This document shows positions 26,400 to 40,010 of a DNA stretch of 64,000 bases, one piece after another. The stretch spans positions 13,578,001 to 13,642,000 of the forward strand of contig CM022668.1 of assembly GCA_012295275.1 (NCBI GenBank), in the 5' to 3' direction. This DNA is from Chrysomallon squamiferum (taxonomy: Eukaryota; Animalia; Mollusca). The notes under the pieces were generated by a model. The model was not told the DNA's origin. It did not search any database and saw only the letters and a list, made by a program, of their open reading frames with translations. The position numbers and the translations under genes were made by a program. Position 1 is the first letter of the stretch. Each line of letters opens with the position of its first letter.

Positions 26400-27080
26400 A
26401 TGAGGCACGATAATTCATGCTCAAACTGTCCGTAACCGTCTCCATGCTGCTGGATTACAAGCACATCGCCCTGTTGTAGCTGTTCCCCTGACAACGCGTC
26501 ACATTCATGAACGTCTGATAAGGACCAGAATACACCAGTACTGGCGAAGCACATAATCGGATCAGACAGTATTTACCGACGAATCCAGGTTTTGCAGACA
26601 ACGTCTTTCGGCATGACCGACAAGGCTGGTAGCAGCGTCATGGTCTGGGCCGGCATTTATGGTGGAAGTAAAACAGATCTCATTTTCCTTCACGGAAACA
26701 TGACTGCTCAACGTTACTGCGACGAAATAATTACACAAGTGATCATTCGATTCCTTCAGCAGCATCCTGGCTTTCTGTTTCAACATGGCAACGCTAGACG
26801 ATTTAGCGCCAAGATAACCACTAATCTTCTTGAGCGGCACCAAATGCAAGAGTTGAACTGGCCACCAAAGTCTCCTAACTAGTCCACAACTGAGCATTAT
26901 TGAGACCTGTTGGGCCGAAGGGTACGCAAAAAATCATCCTCATATCCTTAATGTAGAAATTGCTCTGAACCGGGAATGGAAAGTAATTAATGTTCCTGAG
27001 ATTAATGCTCACATCAGCAGCATGGGGCACCGATGTACTGCTGTCACCAGTGCCGGTGGTGCACTCACACATTACTGAGC
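26400..27080 (+). mobile_element. Tc1-like DDE transposase pseudogene (distinct from the intronic Tc1 family)
   Basis: QTVRNRLHAAGL, VFTDESRF, SVMVWAGI, GNMTAQRY, FQHGNA (second catalytic D mutated), WPPKSPN*; contains stops and deletions. Confidence 0.9.
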
Positions 27081-27767
27081 CTCTTTCACCATTTTGATAG
27101 ATGCACCCCTCCGATTCATGAGTTGACGTTAACGTGACGACGTTGACACCGTGACAATGTGTTACAACGGGCTACAGTCAGAAATGCTGTATCAATGAAA
27201 TAATGTGTTCAAATAAATTCAACATAAATCAGATGTTATGTGTTTCATTTCTTGAATGTAATTGCTAAACTTATTTGTCTTCTCCCAAATACCACCGCTT
27301 TGGCATGAAGCAGTTGTCGGAGAAATATATATTTACCTCGTAAATATAGGTGTTTTACCAACCGCTTCGTAAAGCAAGAAAGACTGGTATGTTGCATTTG
27401 TCGAGCGGTTAGCTGAATATCAACATTTTTGCTATTCAGATCCCTTTTAGTGCATATATATAAATTAAAAAAAATCGTTTTCAACAAAAGAAAGCCTGAA
27501 TCATATGATTCGCCTACTCGTTCCAGTTAAAGATTAATTTAATCGTGATTTCAAATAATGTATAATGAAAATGTATAATGGCATATACCAAGAATTTTCA
27601 TAACGCCATTGAAAAGTATTTACTTACATAGAAATATATTAAGAAAAAAAAATTATATTAATTCCTCATGCATGTTATTTAATTTTTATACCTATATATT
27701 TAAATTTCCTTCTTTCTTTTTTTCTTTCTTCATTAATTTTTATTACTATTTCTTTGCTTCTTTGTTT

Positions 27768-28810
27768 TTATTTGTAATGCTTCCGTTTCAAAGCATTTGC
27801 AACAGCATCCACGATGATTTCGTTTGTTTCTGCTTCTCTTCTAACTTCATTTCTTGCCTGTCTCCGCCGTTCTTCTTCGTTTGCTTTGAAAATCTCGTCT
27901 AACATTCTCTGTGTTTCCATCTCAGACATCCTCTGTTTCTTTTCCATGTCTTGCATTTTTCTCAAATATTCTTCTTGAAGCTTCTCTCCTTTCAATATTT
28001 CCTCTTCGCGTTTTTTCATTTCGTTTTCTTTCTCCTTCAACATTTTCTGTACGCGTTCTTCGGATTCTTTTCTGTTTTTTTCCATTTTTGCCTTGTATTC
28101 TCTCTCAATTTTTTGTCGCTCCTCTTGTATTTCTTTTTCTTTCTTTTTCAGTATTTCTTTTTCACGTTTCTGTACTTCTTTTTCAGCTATTTCCAACAAT
28201 TCCGATTTATAATATTGATGATTCTTTTTTGCCACGTTTTTCTGTATCATGTCGACGAGTTGAAATACCATGTTCTCTTTCTTTTCCTCATCTTTTTCGC
28301 GATTGTTGAATCCGAAATATCTCCGTCCACATGCACTGATTATTGTTTTTAGATTTTCTGGTGCCGTAGACAGAAAACCTTCCAGAGTTTTTCCGTCTTC
28401 TTCAAGATCGTCTACATGGGTGAACAGCAAGAACAGGTAATCAAACAATGCCTTTCCAAATACGTCCTCGAAGTATTCAATTGTTTTTTGTTCTTCTGGA
28501 GTAAACCTCTTTGCCTGCACAACCATGATGAAAGCATGTGGTCCTGGAGCACTCATCGTTATGCATTTGATGATTTCTTTCGTTATCTTTCCTTGTGAAC
28601 GTTTAGTGTCAAATGCTCCTGGCGTATCAACGATGACAATACTATGACCAAATCGAGTTTTGTGTCCTACCTTGCAGGTTTCAGTAACTGAAGAAGCACT
28701 AGCTTCAGAATGAAAATGTTTCTCTCCTAGGATGGTGTTTGCTGACGCACTTTTTCCTGAGCCAGTAATTCCAATCAACACAAGCCGCAGTTCTTTGTGA
28801 GGAGCGTAAT
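27768..28810 (-). CDS. GIMAP: GIMAP/AIG1-type GTPase copy 3, terminal coding exon
   Basis: All G motifs intact, shorter coiled coil, ends ALKRKHYK*. Acceptor ttgtttcag|AT at 28810 is in frame. Confidence 0.93.
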
Positions 28811-30339
28811 CTGAAACAAATTAAATACACTCTGTGTAGAATTGAAGTCATTGTTTTCATCTTTTCACTGTTGTTAATTTTTCACAAAAAAAACAAAACA
28901 ATTTGTATGGATCAAACTCGTTTCTTTATAATGAAGACGACATTCCAGAGTAATATGGAGGTGGTAACTTCTAGCATTTGAGATATGAATATACAATAAT
29001 TTTCAAAACTAGAAGCGACGAAAAAAGACTGCTATAATAGCATATTAAATTTTTAAAAACTTCAGAACTTTTGGTTATGGTAAAAAAAAAAAAAAAAAAA
29101 AAATGTATGTGAGTTCTTCTTACACGCAGCCATATTTCGTCTTTTTCCCATGTTCATAAAATTCAGAGACACGACAACAAATACAGCACATGCATGCATA
29201 TGTATGGATACATTTTATTTTAAAGTTTTCATTTCGCGTTCTGATCAGGAGGAATATTTGTATTACCTTTATGTTGAAATGGTTGTTCAAGTATGGTTAA
29301 GACAAGCATGAATTAGGGTAGGTAACAGATAATACTTTTTCTAATATCTGCTTTCAGTAAGAAACTATATTTTAGATCACAAAGAAATAAAACAAAATAC
29401 AAGAAAACAAACTAAAAGAATAAATAAATAAAAAAATAAAAATTGATTTAATTTAATAAATAAATAAATAAAACCCAAAAATAGAACATCAACAACAAAT
29501 TTTTTTTAGTAAAAAAATAATTAAGGAAAAGTACAACTAGCTAAGTTACTGATGTTTTTCTCCAAGAGTTTATTTCTTCTGAACTGGATTATTTTGTCTG
29601 CGTGTCTGTCACTCTATTTCTCTGTCTACCCATCAATCTATCTGAAATCATCTATATGCAGTTGCATTGTGAAATGATAGTATGTCCGATCATGTCAATC
29701 AGATAAAAGAGATATTTTTATTGATAAGAAAAGACAACCAATATTCAGGTGATAACTTTTGTCATTTAAGTTTTGTGAAATGTTTCATTTTGATCTTCCT
29801 ATAAAAATAAAGTTCAAAATTAAGAAAGAACAAATCAAATTCCACTCATACCCTTTTATATCAACTACAAATATTTTGTTCAAGCTATATTACTTTTCGT
29901 TAATTAATTTATTTATTTGCTATAAGTTTAAAACATCTTATCCGAAGCCATATTTGCTCTTTTGCCCAAGTTAACAAAATCGCAAAATTTGATTCAGTTC
30001 TGATTGTTCATCAAAGCCGCTTGACGACAAATACAGCACAGTACTTGCTGTTGCTTGAGATAAGGAGACGCAAAACGCTGTGCCTCATTAACCCAAGAAA
30101 ACCCCTTAGGCTTCGAGCTTTTTATTGGCCCCTCGACATTCGCCAGACCCCGTCCCTGCGAATTTTCCGCTCTCCTTTCGTACAGTTTATTGCAATAATA
30201 TTATAAACGAAGTAACAAATGGAGTAACAAAGAAAATAATATCATCTTTTCAAACAAAGCAATATGAAAATACCGGTACTGCACTGTAAAAATAAACATG
30301 CCTATGCCTACTTTTTCATGTAGGTACTGAAAATTGTTT

Positions 30340-30860
30340 CTCATTAATCTTTCTCAAACTGATCCAGAAAACTAATATTTACTTTCTCGAGCAAAGAAGA
30401 TTCTACAAGGATTAATGCCAAATTATTGAACTTTTTATATTTCGGAGTGGATCACGTTGAAGAACAGAAAATTATGAAATGTCATTATGAGCGTGAATAC
30501 GTTACCTCTAAGAAGTAAAACAACAAACATGTCTTTGTATCTGACTGTTATATGAGACCTCACTGACACCACACCGTGTATAAGTGGGATTAACATATTG
30601 TTTATTTCTTTATAAATGCATTCATATGTAGCATAACGAGTCCATATGCAAAGATCTGTGCCAAATTATAGAGCTGTTCATCTTTCACAGAGGATCACTG
30701 GTATTTCGTAATATGTCTGAGAGCAGAAAAACACCTCTCTCCAGAGCAGTTTGTATCGAGAAGTGACAAGTAAACATGCAAACAAATGTACATGTTTGGA
30801 AAGGTTTCTTGCGTTTCATTTTTAAACAATTTTGACAAACTGATGAATTAAGTGTGGAGT
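30340..30860 (-). mobile_element. Two partial hAT dimerisation-domain relics separated by another repeat module
   Basis: Pieces at about 30340-30470 and 30660-30860. Confidence 0.55.
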
Positions 30861-31890
30861 GTGACCCCTACCCATTCGGTCCTGACTGTGCCTCAGAATT
30901 TCATATACTTTGACCGATAATTTCTTTTTTAACATAGATTAACTCACAATTAGCGCATCTCGTATCAAAGAGGATTCCTAATAAATATATTTCATTGAGG
31001 CGCCCGAAGCGTCTGCGATGCACAAAATTATAACATTTAACACTAAAAAAGAAAAAGAAAAAGATTGCTTATATGTGTTGTGAAGTGTTTCGTCATGGGC
31101 TTTCTAAATATATATTTCAAAATAACGAAAGAAGAAAATAAACTCCACTAAAAAGCTTTTTGTCAATTTGAAGAATTTTCTTCATGCTCAATTATCTTTT
31201 ATCGGTTAATTTATTTATTACAATTTATTGAAATTTAAAGTGTCTTACCGCAAGCCATAGTTTATCTTTTCCCCGAATTATTTAAATCCCAGAAGTGAAT
31301 TCAGTGAGCACTGTACACCACATGATTAGTTTTTGACACCCGCTTCACAGCAAATACAACGCGGTACTCGTTGTTGTTTTATATAAGGGCTGGCAAAACA
31401 GCTCTGTTCCTGAGGACAACGTATTCTTCGAAAACAGCTACTTATGGCCGACCCTCTTTCCTATTAATAGATTTCACTGGCCCGGCTGAAGCGTATGTCT
31501 TTCCTATATCGGTTACAGATTTATTGACTATCTGACGATGTGTAATGTCTAAAAATAACAACGAGGAGAGTGTGACATAATAGATATTAATACTGTGAAT
31601 TCATCTGTAGAGTGTGGGCTTAAGTTAAAATAATGGTGTAATACACGTTATGTTATCATAGCAGTATTTGATCTACATGTTTCTTCAAACTTACATACAT
31701 ACATACAGACAAACATGCATAGAAACCACATATAGCATATGTAGTGGCTGAATCCTTCTATTTTAGAATAACATGAGTAATTTTGCTACTTACAAATTGA
31801 AATATTTGTAATTCTGAAGTATAAGATAAATAAATATTGCTCCATTTGTTTGTATTTGTACACATTTATTGTTTTATTAGCCTGTTAATG

Positions 31891-31990
<100 letters not shown>

Positions 31991-34900
31991 TGTGAGATTG
32001 TTTCACTTGAGATCTGCAAGAACAAACTCGTCTTTTCTTTTTGTCATATGAGCGAAGACTGAAACTAAAGTGTGCATGAGTGAACTAATGTATTTAGTCG
32101 TTTATTTTGGCAGTGAAATGTGACATTTGATAACGTGTCCACATACAAAGATATGTTTATCTGATATATTCTGTGAATATAGTTTACCAATTGTAGCTTT
32201 ATAAAAGGTTTGGCAAGACACTTCTATTCCTGAGGAAAAAATGTATTTTTCCGAAAACTGGTTTTCAATGTTAGGAATGTATGCTGCTCATATTTTATAT
32301 CAGGACATCCAAAGATTAAAATTGTCAAAATAATTATGGAGAAGTAGGCACTAGGAATAATTCATTTACTATTGTAATTTTCAAAGAGTTAATATCTTCT
32401 TAACTGGACAACTTTGTCAGTTCTCTGTTTCACCATCTGTCTGTTCATCAATCTATCAATCGTAATATCTGCATATGCACTTAGAAATTTAATTAATATT
32501 CATCAAGTCACTTTATATATAGTGAAACAACATCCTAGAGTAATTTTAGTTTACAAAACAAAGTGAAATAAAATTTAAGTAATATTTTTTTGTAATTTCG
32601 TGGGTGATATTATTACAGAATAACTTTAAAACCTAACAAAAACAAAGGAGAAGAAAGAAAACTCCACTAGTAACTTTTTTTTTTATCGACTTCAAGTATT
32701 TCTAAATTATGAAAAATATATTCAACAATTAATGAATTTGTTTATTTCTAAATTTATTATTTACAAGTTAATTAAATTTAAAATGTTTTGTTGACTCCAT
32801 ATATTATCAATTACACAGAGTAATAAAATCAGAAAACGTATTGCAATACAGCACAACATTTGTTTATCATATCTCCTTGACGAGAAATACAACACACTAA
32901 TCATTAGTATGGTTGGCAAGTCGCTTCTACTCATGAAGTAATCCGAAACAGCATGTCAGTGCTAAGAATATGACAAAGAGGGTGTATTGTGTGTGTGTGC
33001 GTGTGACTGTGTGTGTGTGTTTGTATGTGCGTATGTGAGTCAGCGTGTGTGTCCGTGTGAGCAATATAGCAAAATAAAAATAAAATCGTAGTAAAACAGC
33101 TCCCCCTCCCTCTCATACAGAAAACCTTACTGCAGTAATAACAGATTCCGAGTGTATGTAATAATAAAATATTGTAAAATTCCCTTGTATCTCATATTTA
33201 CTCTACATAAAATATTAATCACATCCACATAAGCCAGTATTACTATAAACTGTATTACAATAACTTTGTGGCTTTTCTTCTATTTCTGTGTCTGCCGATC
33301 TATCTGAAAACATCTATATGCATATAGATGATTGAATTATAGTATGTCGAAAAAATCATTTATAATACTATTTAAGTGATACATTTTGTCATTTAAGTAT
33401 TATGAGCTTTCTACAAAAAAATAAGTTTCACAATTAAGAACATAGAAAGCAAACTCCATTGACATATAGTTTCCCTTTACAACTTTTTTGGGACCTAATC
33501 TAATTAGTTTGCTAACTTCGATTTGTTGTTTTATGAAAGCACGGACGAAACGTTTTATGTTATATGAACCTTAGGTCTATTCATTTCTTGAAACCATGTA
33601 GGCGACAGTTAAGTAAAACAACAAACTCGTCTTTGTATCTGACTGTTATATGAGATCTCACTGACAATAAACCGTGAATAAGTGGATTTAACATGTTGTT
33701 TAGTTCTTTATAAATGCACTGAGATGTAACAGTTGAAATGCAAAGATCTTTTATTTAATACACTATTACATTTATGTGGCTTACTTATTGTTCGTTTAGA
33801 AAAGGTTTGGCAAGACAGTTCTATTTCTGAAGAATAATGTATTTCTCCGAAAACTGCCTTTTAGAGAGAAAATCGTGATGTTCGTATATTCTATCTGGAC
33901 ACCCCAAGTACGAAGTTTAAAAATAATAAAATAAAAGTAATGAGAAGTACTTCTAACTCATTTATTCTTGTATTTTACAAAGAGTTATCACTTTTAACTG
34001 GATTATTCTATCTCTCTATCTATTTCTCTATCTGTCCATGTATCTGTCTGAAGATATCTATATACACACAAATTCTGTAATGATAGTGTGTCTGAAAAAG
34101 TCATTTTTATCGATCATTCACATACTAATGATATTTTAATTTATAGGAAGTGACAAATAATATTTAAGTGATAAATCGTGTCACTTAAGAGTAGTGAAAT
34201 GATTCCATATGAGATTTGAATGAAAAATACGTATCAAAGTTAAGAAGTCAGAAAGGACTGAAAAGAAATACCCGAAGGCACTCATACACACACACACACA
34301 CATAATAGGTATAGCTATATAGATATGATTCTACAAAACGATAGATAATGAACCGTGATTAAATTACAATGTTTTTCTGTTTATATACATACAGATAGAC
34401 AGATCGATGGACAGATAAATAGACAGATATAGAATGTTTCTCTTTCAATCTGTTTTTGTTCCTGTTTACATCGAACTGTCTCATTTTCTTGATAAAATAC
34501 CAAATCATCAACTGTTCTGACATTCATTGTTGCTCTATCTGTCTCTCAGTTTAATTGTGTTTCTTTTTTCATGACAGCCTTTTGTTTCAATGATTTTATA
34601 ATATTTTTTAACCACATTAAGGAACAAATATTCTAAATGTTAATGAGAAGGCGCAGAGAAAACATATTTTGCTGAATATGGAAAATAGTAAACCCACTGT
34701 AACAGAAGTATACCTTTAGATAGGCTATAGGAGATGTATAATTTTTCAAATCATTAATATTTCTGAGCTCCATTTTTGATCTGTCTGTTTTTCTTTCTGT
34801 TAATGAGAAGGCGCAGAGAAAAGATCATTTGCTGAAGACTGAAAAAGAGTAACTCCAGTGCAGAACAGTTATATATTTCACGTCTCTTTGGCACTTTGAT

Positions 34901-35548
34901 AATTTAAACCATGTATGATTCTACATATTCATAATCAAATTAAAATTTCTAACAGAACCACCAGTACTAATACTATTTCTACTACTACTACGACTACTAC
35001 TTAAAATAATAACAACAACAACAACAACAACAACAATAATAATAATAATAATAAAAATATTCACACACACACACAAAAAGAAAGAAAAAAGCCTTCAAGG
35101 TAGTCAAACAATTATTTTTATCAAGTTTTTCAAACTGCATCTTCATCTTTCTGTAAAGGTCATTTCAGAGACATCGCTTAATAATTCTGTTTTAAACGAA
35201 AACAAAAAGGAAGATGAAAGTCGAGAAATCAGCAGACAATGATGCGTTCTAAAATCAGATAGGAACGCGGGACATTTTGACTCCTGATCTCAAACACGCT
35301 ACAACAGAACGCCTTTTATTTTTTATTACCCGGGCTATCTCTTCCATTTGGTTTTCATTACGAAGATCTTGTTTCAAGATTGGGTACATTTTTTCACACG
35401 AAAATAGGAGACCATCTAACGAGGGTTTACATACGAGGGATTGGGTAGATAATATTTTTTTATTTTATTTTAATTTATTTATTATTTTTTTTTTATTCAG
35501 TATGAAGTATAAATTCGTATGAAAATGAAGACGTTTTCTGTTTGTTGC

Positions 35549-35552
<4 letters not shown>

Positions 35553-35625
<73 letters not shown>
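35553..35625. repeat. (CT)n microsatellite
   Basis: Direct reading. Confidence 0.95.
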
Positions 35626-35630
<5 letters not shown>

Positions 35631-35888
35631 CATACAGATTATATACACATAGAATTTTTAATAATGTTGTTCATAAAATAAAATCTCCTTTCTTTCTTCC
35701 TGTTTCTATCGATCTGTCTTGTTTTAATGATAAATGAAGCAAAAATATATATTTCAATTTTAAATATTAAAAACTTTTTTATTTTCATTCTTTAATGATA
35801 CAAAAATAAAAACTGGTTAATTATACATTAACGAAAGTATTCACTGTAGTTACTGCATATTAGTTAATAATAATATTAGATGGAGCAG

Positions 35889-35931
<43 letters not shown>

Positions 35932-36834
35932 GCTACTACTACTACTAATAGTTATAATAATAATGATAATAATAATAATAATAATAACAATAAGAAGAAT
36001 GATACTAACTATTCAATGGTAATAGAAATAGCAGCAGTAGGAATAACGCTAGTAGTAGTACTACAACTGCTTATAATAAACATTACGCCAAATATATATA
36101 TATATATATATATATATTAATGTACACCCGAAGATATATATATATATATACACATATACAAATCTACTAAATAAATTAGCCCAAACGTACATGTACTGTA
36201 TCAGCATAACATAGAATGATGTTTGCATCAAAGTGTTATTCAAATTCGTTTAAATTATTTTCCTTGAAAATCGTTAGTTCTGAAGATAGAACGTATGAAA
36301 AATAATAATGCATAGATGTTAAAATATAAAAGGTTAAATAAAAATCCAGTAATCTTGATTATATTAAAGGTAGTAGTAGTAGGAATAGCAATATCAATAG
36401 TGGTAGTTCTATTAATAATAAACATTACTCCAGACTTATAAACAGACACACAAATATATACATAACAATCTACTAAACATATTGGCCCAAACCTACATGT
36501 ACTGGGCAAGGGTAACATAAATCAATGTTTGCAACAAAATGTTTATCAAAATTGTTAAAACTATTTTGTTTTTTTAATATCGTTTGTTTTATAGATAAAA
36601 CACATCTACAGTGCAAATGCACAAAAATAAAAGAAACCGATGTCAAAATGTAAATGATTAATATAAATATATTAATATTTCGTTTCTTTTATAGATAAAT
36701 AAAACTCCCAATCCTTTACAATATTTGTGAGAAGTTAATATTCAGTAGTTAGTCCAATGTTTTCTTTAATAACAAGACATTCTTACATTAGTTTCTGTTC
36801 TTTTCATTTATCTCCAAGATATTAATAGGATTGT

Positions 36835-38207
36835 TTATTGATTCACAATATTCAGGTTTCGAGAATTTACATTATTGAGGTTATTTTCAACAGCATTCTT
36901 AACTCTATCCATGAAGATTTTGTTTGTTTCTGCTTCTTTTCTAACATCATTTCTTGTTTGTCGCCACCGTTCTTCTTCTTTTGCTCTCATAATTTCTGCC
37001 GCTTTTCTCTGCGTTTCTTGTTGTTGTTTCAACTGCTTAATTTCTTCCCTCATCGCACACATCTCGTGTTCCTTTTCTCTTTGTATCTGCTGAACATTTT
37101 CCGTCATCTCAAACATCTTCTGCTCCGTTTCCACTTCTTTAATTTTCCTCTGTGTTTCTATTTCAATTTCCATCTCCCTAATTTTTTGTGTCATCTCTGA
37201 CATCTCCTGCTTCTTTTCCATTTCTTCCTTTTTTCTCAGATATTCTTCATGAATCTTCTCTATTTTTCTTTGCATTTCTCGTTCTCTATCTTTCTCCGTC
37301 AATAATTTCTGTTCGAGTGTTCTTATTTTCTCATCTTTCTCTTTTAATACTTCCTGTTGAAGTTCTCTTATTTTCTCTTCTTTCTCTTTCGATATTTCCT
37401 CTTCGCGTTTTTTCATTTCCTCCTCTTTCTCCTTCAACATTTTCTCTAAGCGTTCTTCGGCTTCTTTTGCATTTTCCCCCAATTTCACCTGGTATTCTCT
37501 CTCAATTTTTTGTCGCTCCTCTTGTAGTTCTTTTTCTTTCTTTTTCAGTATTTCCTTTTCACGCTTTTGAACTTCTTTTTCAGCTATTTTCAGTAATTCC
37601 GATGTATAACATTTGTGATTATTTTTTTCCACGTTTCTTTGTATCATTCCGACCAGTTGAAATACCATTTTCTCTTTCTTTTCCTCATTTTTTTCGCGAT
37701 TGTTGAATCCGACATATCTTCTTCCACATTTATCGATTAATTCTTTTAGGTTTTTTGGTGCCGTAGACAGAAAACCTTCCAGAGTTTTTCCGTCTTCTTC
37801 AAGATCGTCTACATGGGTGAACAGCAAGAACAGGTAATCAAACAATGCCTTTCCAAATACTTGCTCGAAGTATTCAATTGTATTTTGTTCTTCCTTAGTA
37901 AACCTCTTTGCCTGCACAACCATGATGAAAGCATGTGGTCCTGGAGCACTCATCGTTATACACTGGATGATTTCTTTCGTAATCTCTCCGTGTGAACGTT
38001 CAGTGTCGAATGCTCCTGGTGTATCAACGATGACAATGTCCTGACCAAATCGGGTTTTGTGTTCTACCTTGCAGGTTGCAGTAACTGAAGAAGCACTAGC
38101 TTCAGAATGAAAATGTTTCTCTCCTAGGATGGTGTTTGCTGACACACTTTTTCCTGAGCCAGTAATTCCAATCAACACAAGCCGCAGTTCGTTGTCAGTA
38201 ACGGAAT
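36835..38207 (-). CDS. GIMAP: GIMAP/AIG1-type GTPase copy 4, terminal coding exon
   Basis: All G motifs intact, longest coiled coil. Acceptor ttctttcag|AT at 38207 is in frame. Confidence 0.95.
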
Positions 38208-38404
38208 CTGAAAGAAATTCAAATATACTCAATATAGAATCGAAGACATTATTTTTATCTTCTTGTTTTTGCTCTTATTCTTTGATTAATATTATTATTA
38301 ATAACATAAATCATTACGATTATCATCATTATGGCTTGCGTACTTAGTTATATATCTGTCAGCCTGTCTACCGGTATAAGTATTATTTTTGTTTTTCTCG
38401 TTTT

Positions 38405-38790
38405 TCTCTACAACTACTATTAAAAATCATTACATCTACTTTACCCTCTTTTCATTAGTTCTGTCTCTGTAATCAACAATACTACTCTTTCGATAGCTAC
38501 TGTTACCACCATCTCTACAACTATTACTACTCTCTCTATAACTACCAGTAGTACTCTCTGTACCAATACCTTTACTACTATCTCTAATATTACTACACTA
38601 TCTCTAAAGCTACTATTATTACTGTCTCTACAACAAAAATTACTAGTCTCTCTACACAACTACTATTGCTATTATTTCTAAAACTACTAGTATTACACTC
38701 TCTACCCTTACTATTACTACTCTCTCTACAATTCATACTCCCACTCATACTATTACTATAACTACTGACTTTAACTAACACAACTCCTGA
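38405..38790. repeat. Degenerate G-poor intronic minisatellite
   Basis: Same unit as 19330-19975. Confidence 0.75.
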
Positions 38791-38915
38791 CACTTCAAGT
38801 CCTCTTGTCCTCAGTGACAGACTGCAGATGAACGTGGTTACAGTATTGATGATTCTGCGTATTATTTAAGTATATTTCTTGAATGATCAGTATTTACAAA
38901 CGTTGATACACATAC

Positions 38916-39060
38916 CAGATGTTAATGAATGTATACGAATTTTTGGCTCGACATGTTCTGATTGCTGGACTTCTGGTGATGGTTCGACTTCTTTTGATGG
39001 CTGGATTCTTTGCATTGGCTGCACTCTTTGCATTGGCTGCACTTGTATTGGTGCCTTCGT
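38916..39060 (-). CDS. GIMAP copy 4 hexapeptide-repeat exon (TKAPIQVQPMQRVQPMQRIQPSKEVEP...)
   Basis: ctttctttcgctacag| acceptor, G|gtatgt donor, 145 nt open, phase 0 to 1; homologous to 3624-3861. Confidence 0.78.
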
Positions 39061-39402
39061 CTGTAGCGAAAGAAAGATGAAACGAACATATAAACCGAAA
39101 ATGTAAATTTCATCCCAATATTACAGTATCTGCATTTCGGATTGAATCTGTACGCATACCTGCGTATATTATATAATATAACTTTATAAATATAATTTTT
39201 TTTTATTTATCTTCTTATTTAAAAGCTTTAATTCATTCATTCGTTTGTTAAACATTCTGTTTAATTAATTAATTAATTTATTTAACCTTCTTCTTTGGCA
39301 TTTACGGTCTTGGGGTAATTATTTCAATATTATTTATAATATTTCATACTGTTTTACTGAAACAGGAATATATATATATTCCTGTGATTTAATGATGCTC
39401 AC

Positions 39403-39434
39403 CTTTTTTTCAAAAACAGGAATATTTTCACCAC
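39403..39434 (-). CDS. GIMAP copy 4 microexon (GENIPVFEKK)
   Basis: ttctag| acceptor, AAG|gtgagc donor, 32 nt, phase 1 to 0. Confidence 0.68.
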
Positions 39435-39639
39435 CTAGAAATAAATCAAAATATAATATAGAATTATTTCCGTCAATCGATATACTAATGTATGAGTGTG
39501 TGTATCTGTATGAATGAATGCATGCACCTTTCTACCTATTTATCTTCCTACTCATCTCTCTATCTATACATGTGGAAAGAAAGGTTAAGCGATACCTAAT
39601 TAATAAATCTATAATTCTGAGAATTAAGAATTCAGCACA

Positions 39640-40010
39640 TTTTCCTGAATGATTTATTGTCATGCGGCAGGTTGCTGAATATTATCAGTTTCGTAGAGAT
39701 ATTTAATGCACATACAACGACGGACAATGCTCATGAGATGTCATACCCTCAACAGTTGTGAAATCAAGTTTTTTTTTGTACTTTTTATATGTCTTACTCT
39801 CTACGGTCAGTTAGACGTGAATACTGAACACCATAATTGTCATGGCACGTTGTAAATTGTCAGACTGTACAATGTGGAAGATTAATGACATAAGAAAAGC
39901 AGGAATGTTACTCAGTGAAACTGAACGTCAACTTGTGCGCAATATTTCCATCATTTCAAGACTGTTCAATAAAGAGGGGGCACTGACTGATATTAAAGAT
40001 CGTCCAGATC
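39640..40010 (+). mobile_element. Tc1/mariner 5' relic
   Basis: MARCKLSDCTMWKINDIRKAGMLLSETERQLVRNISIISRLF...IKDRP HTH-like segment, truncated. Confidence 0.75.

Noticed and set aside
26592-26882. Active Tc1 transposase
   Set aside because: Second catalytic Asp replaced (FQHGNA), with stops and internal deletions.
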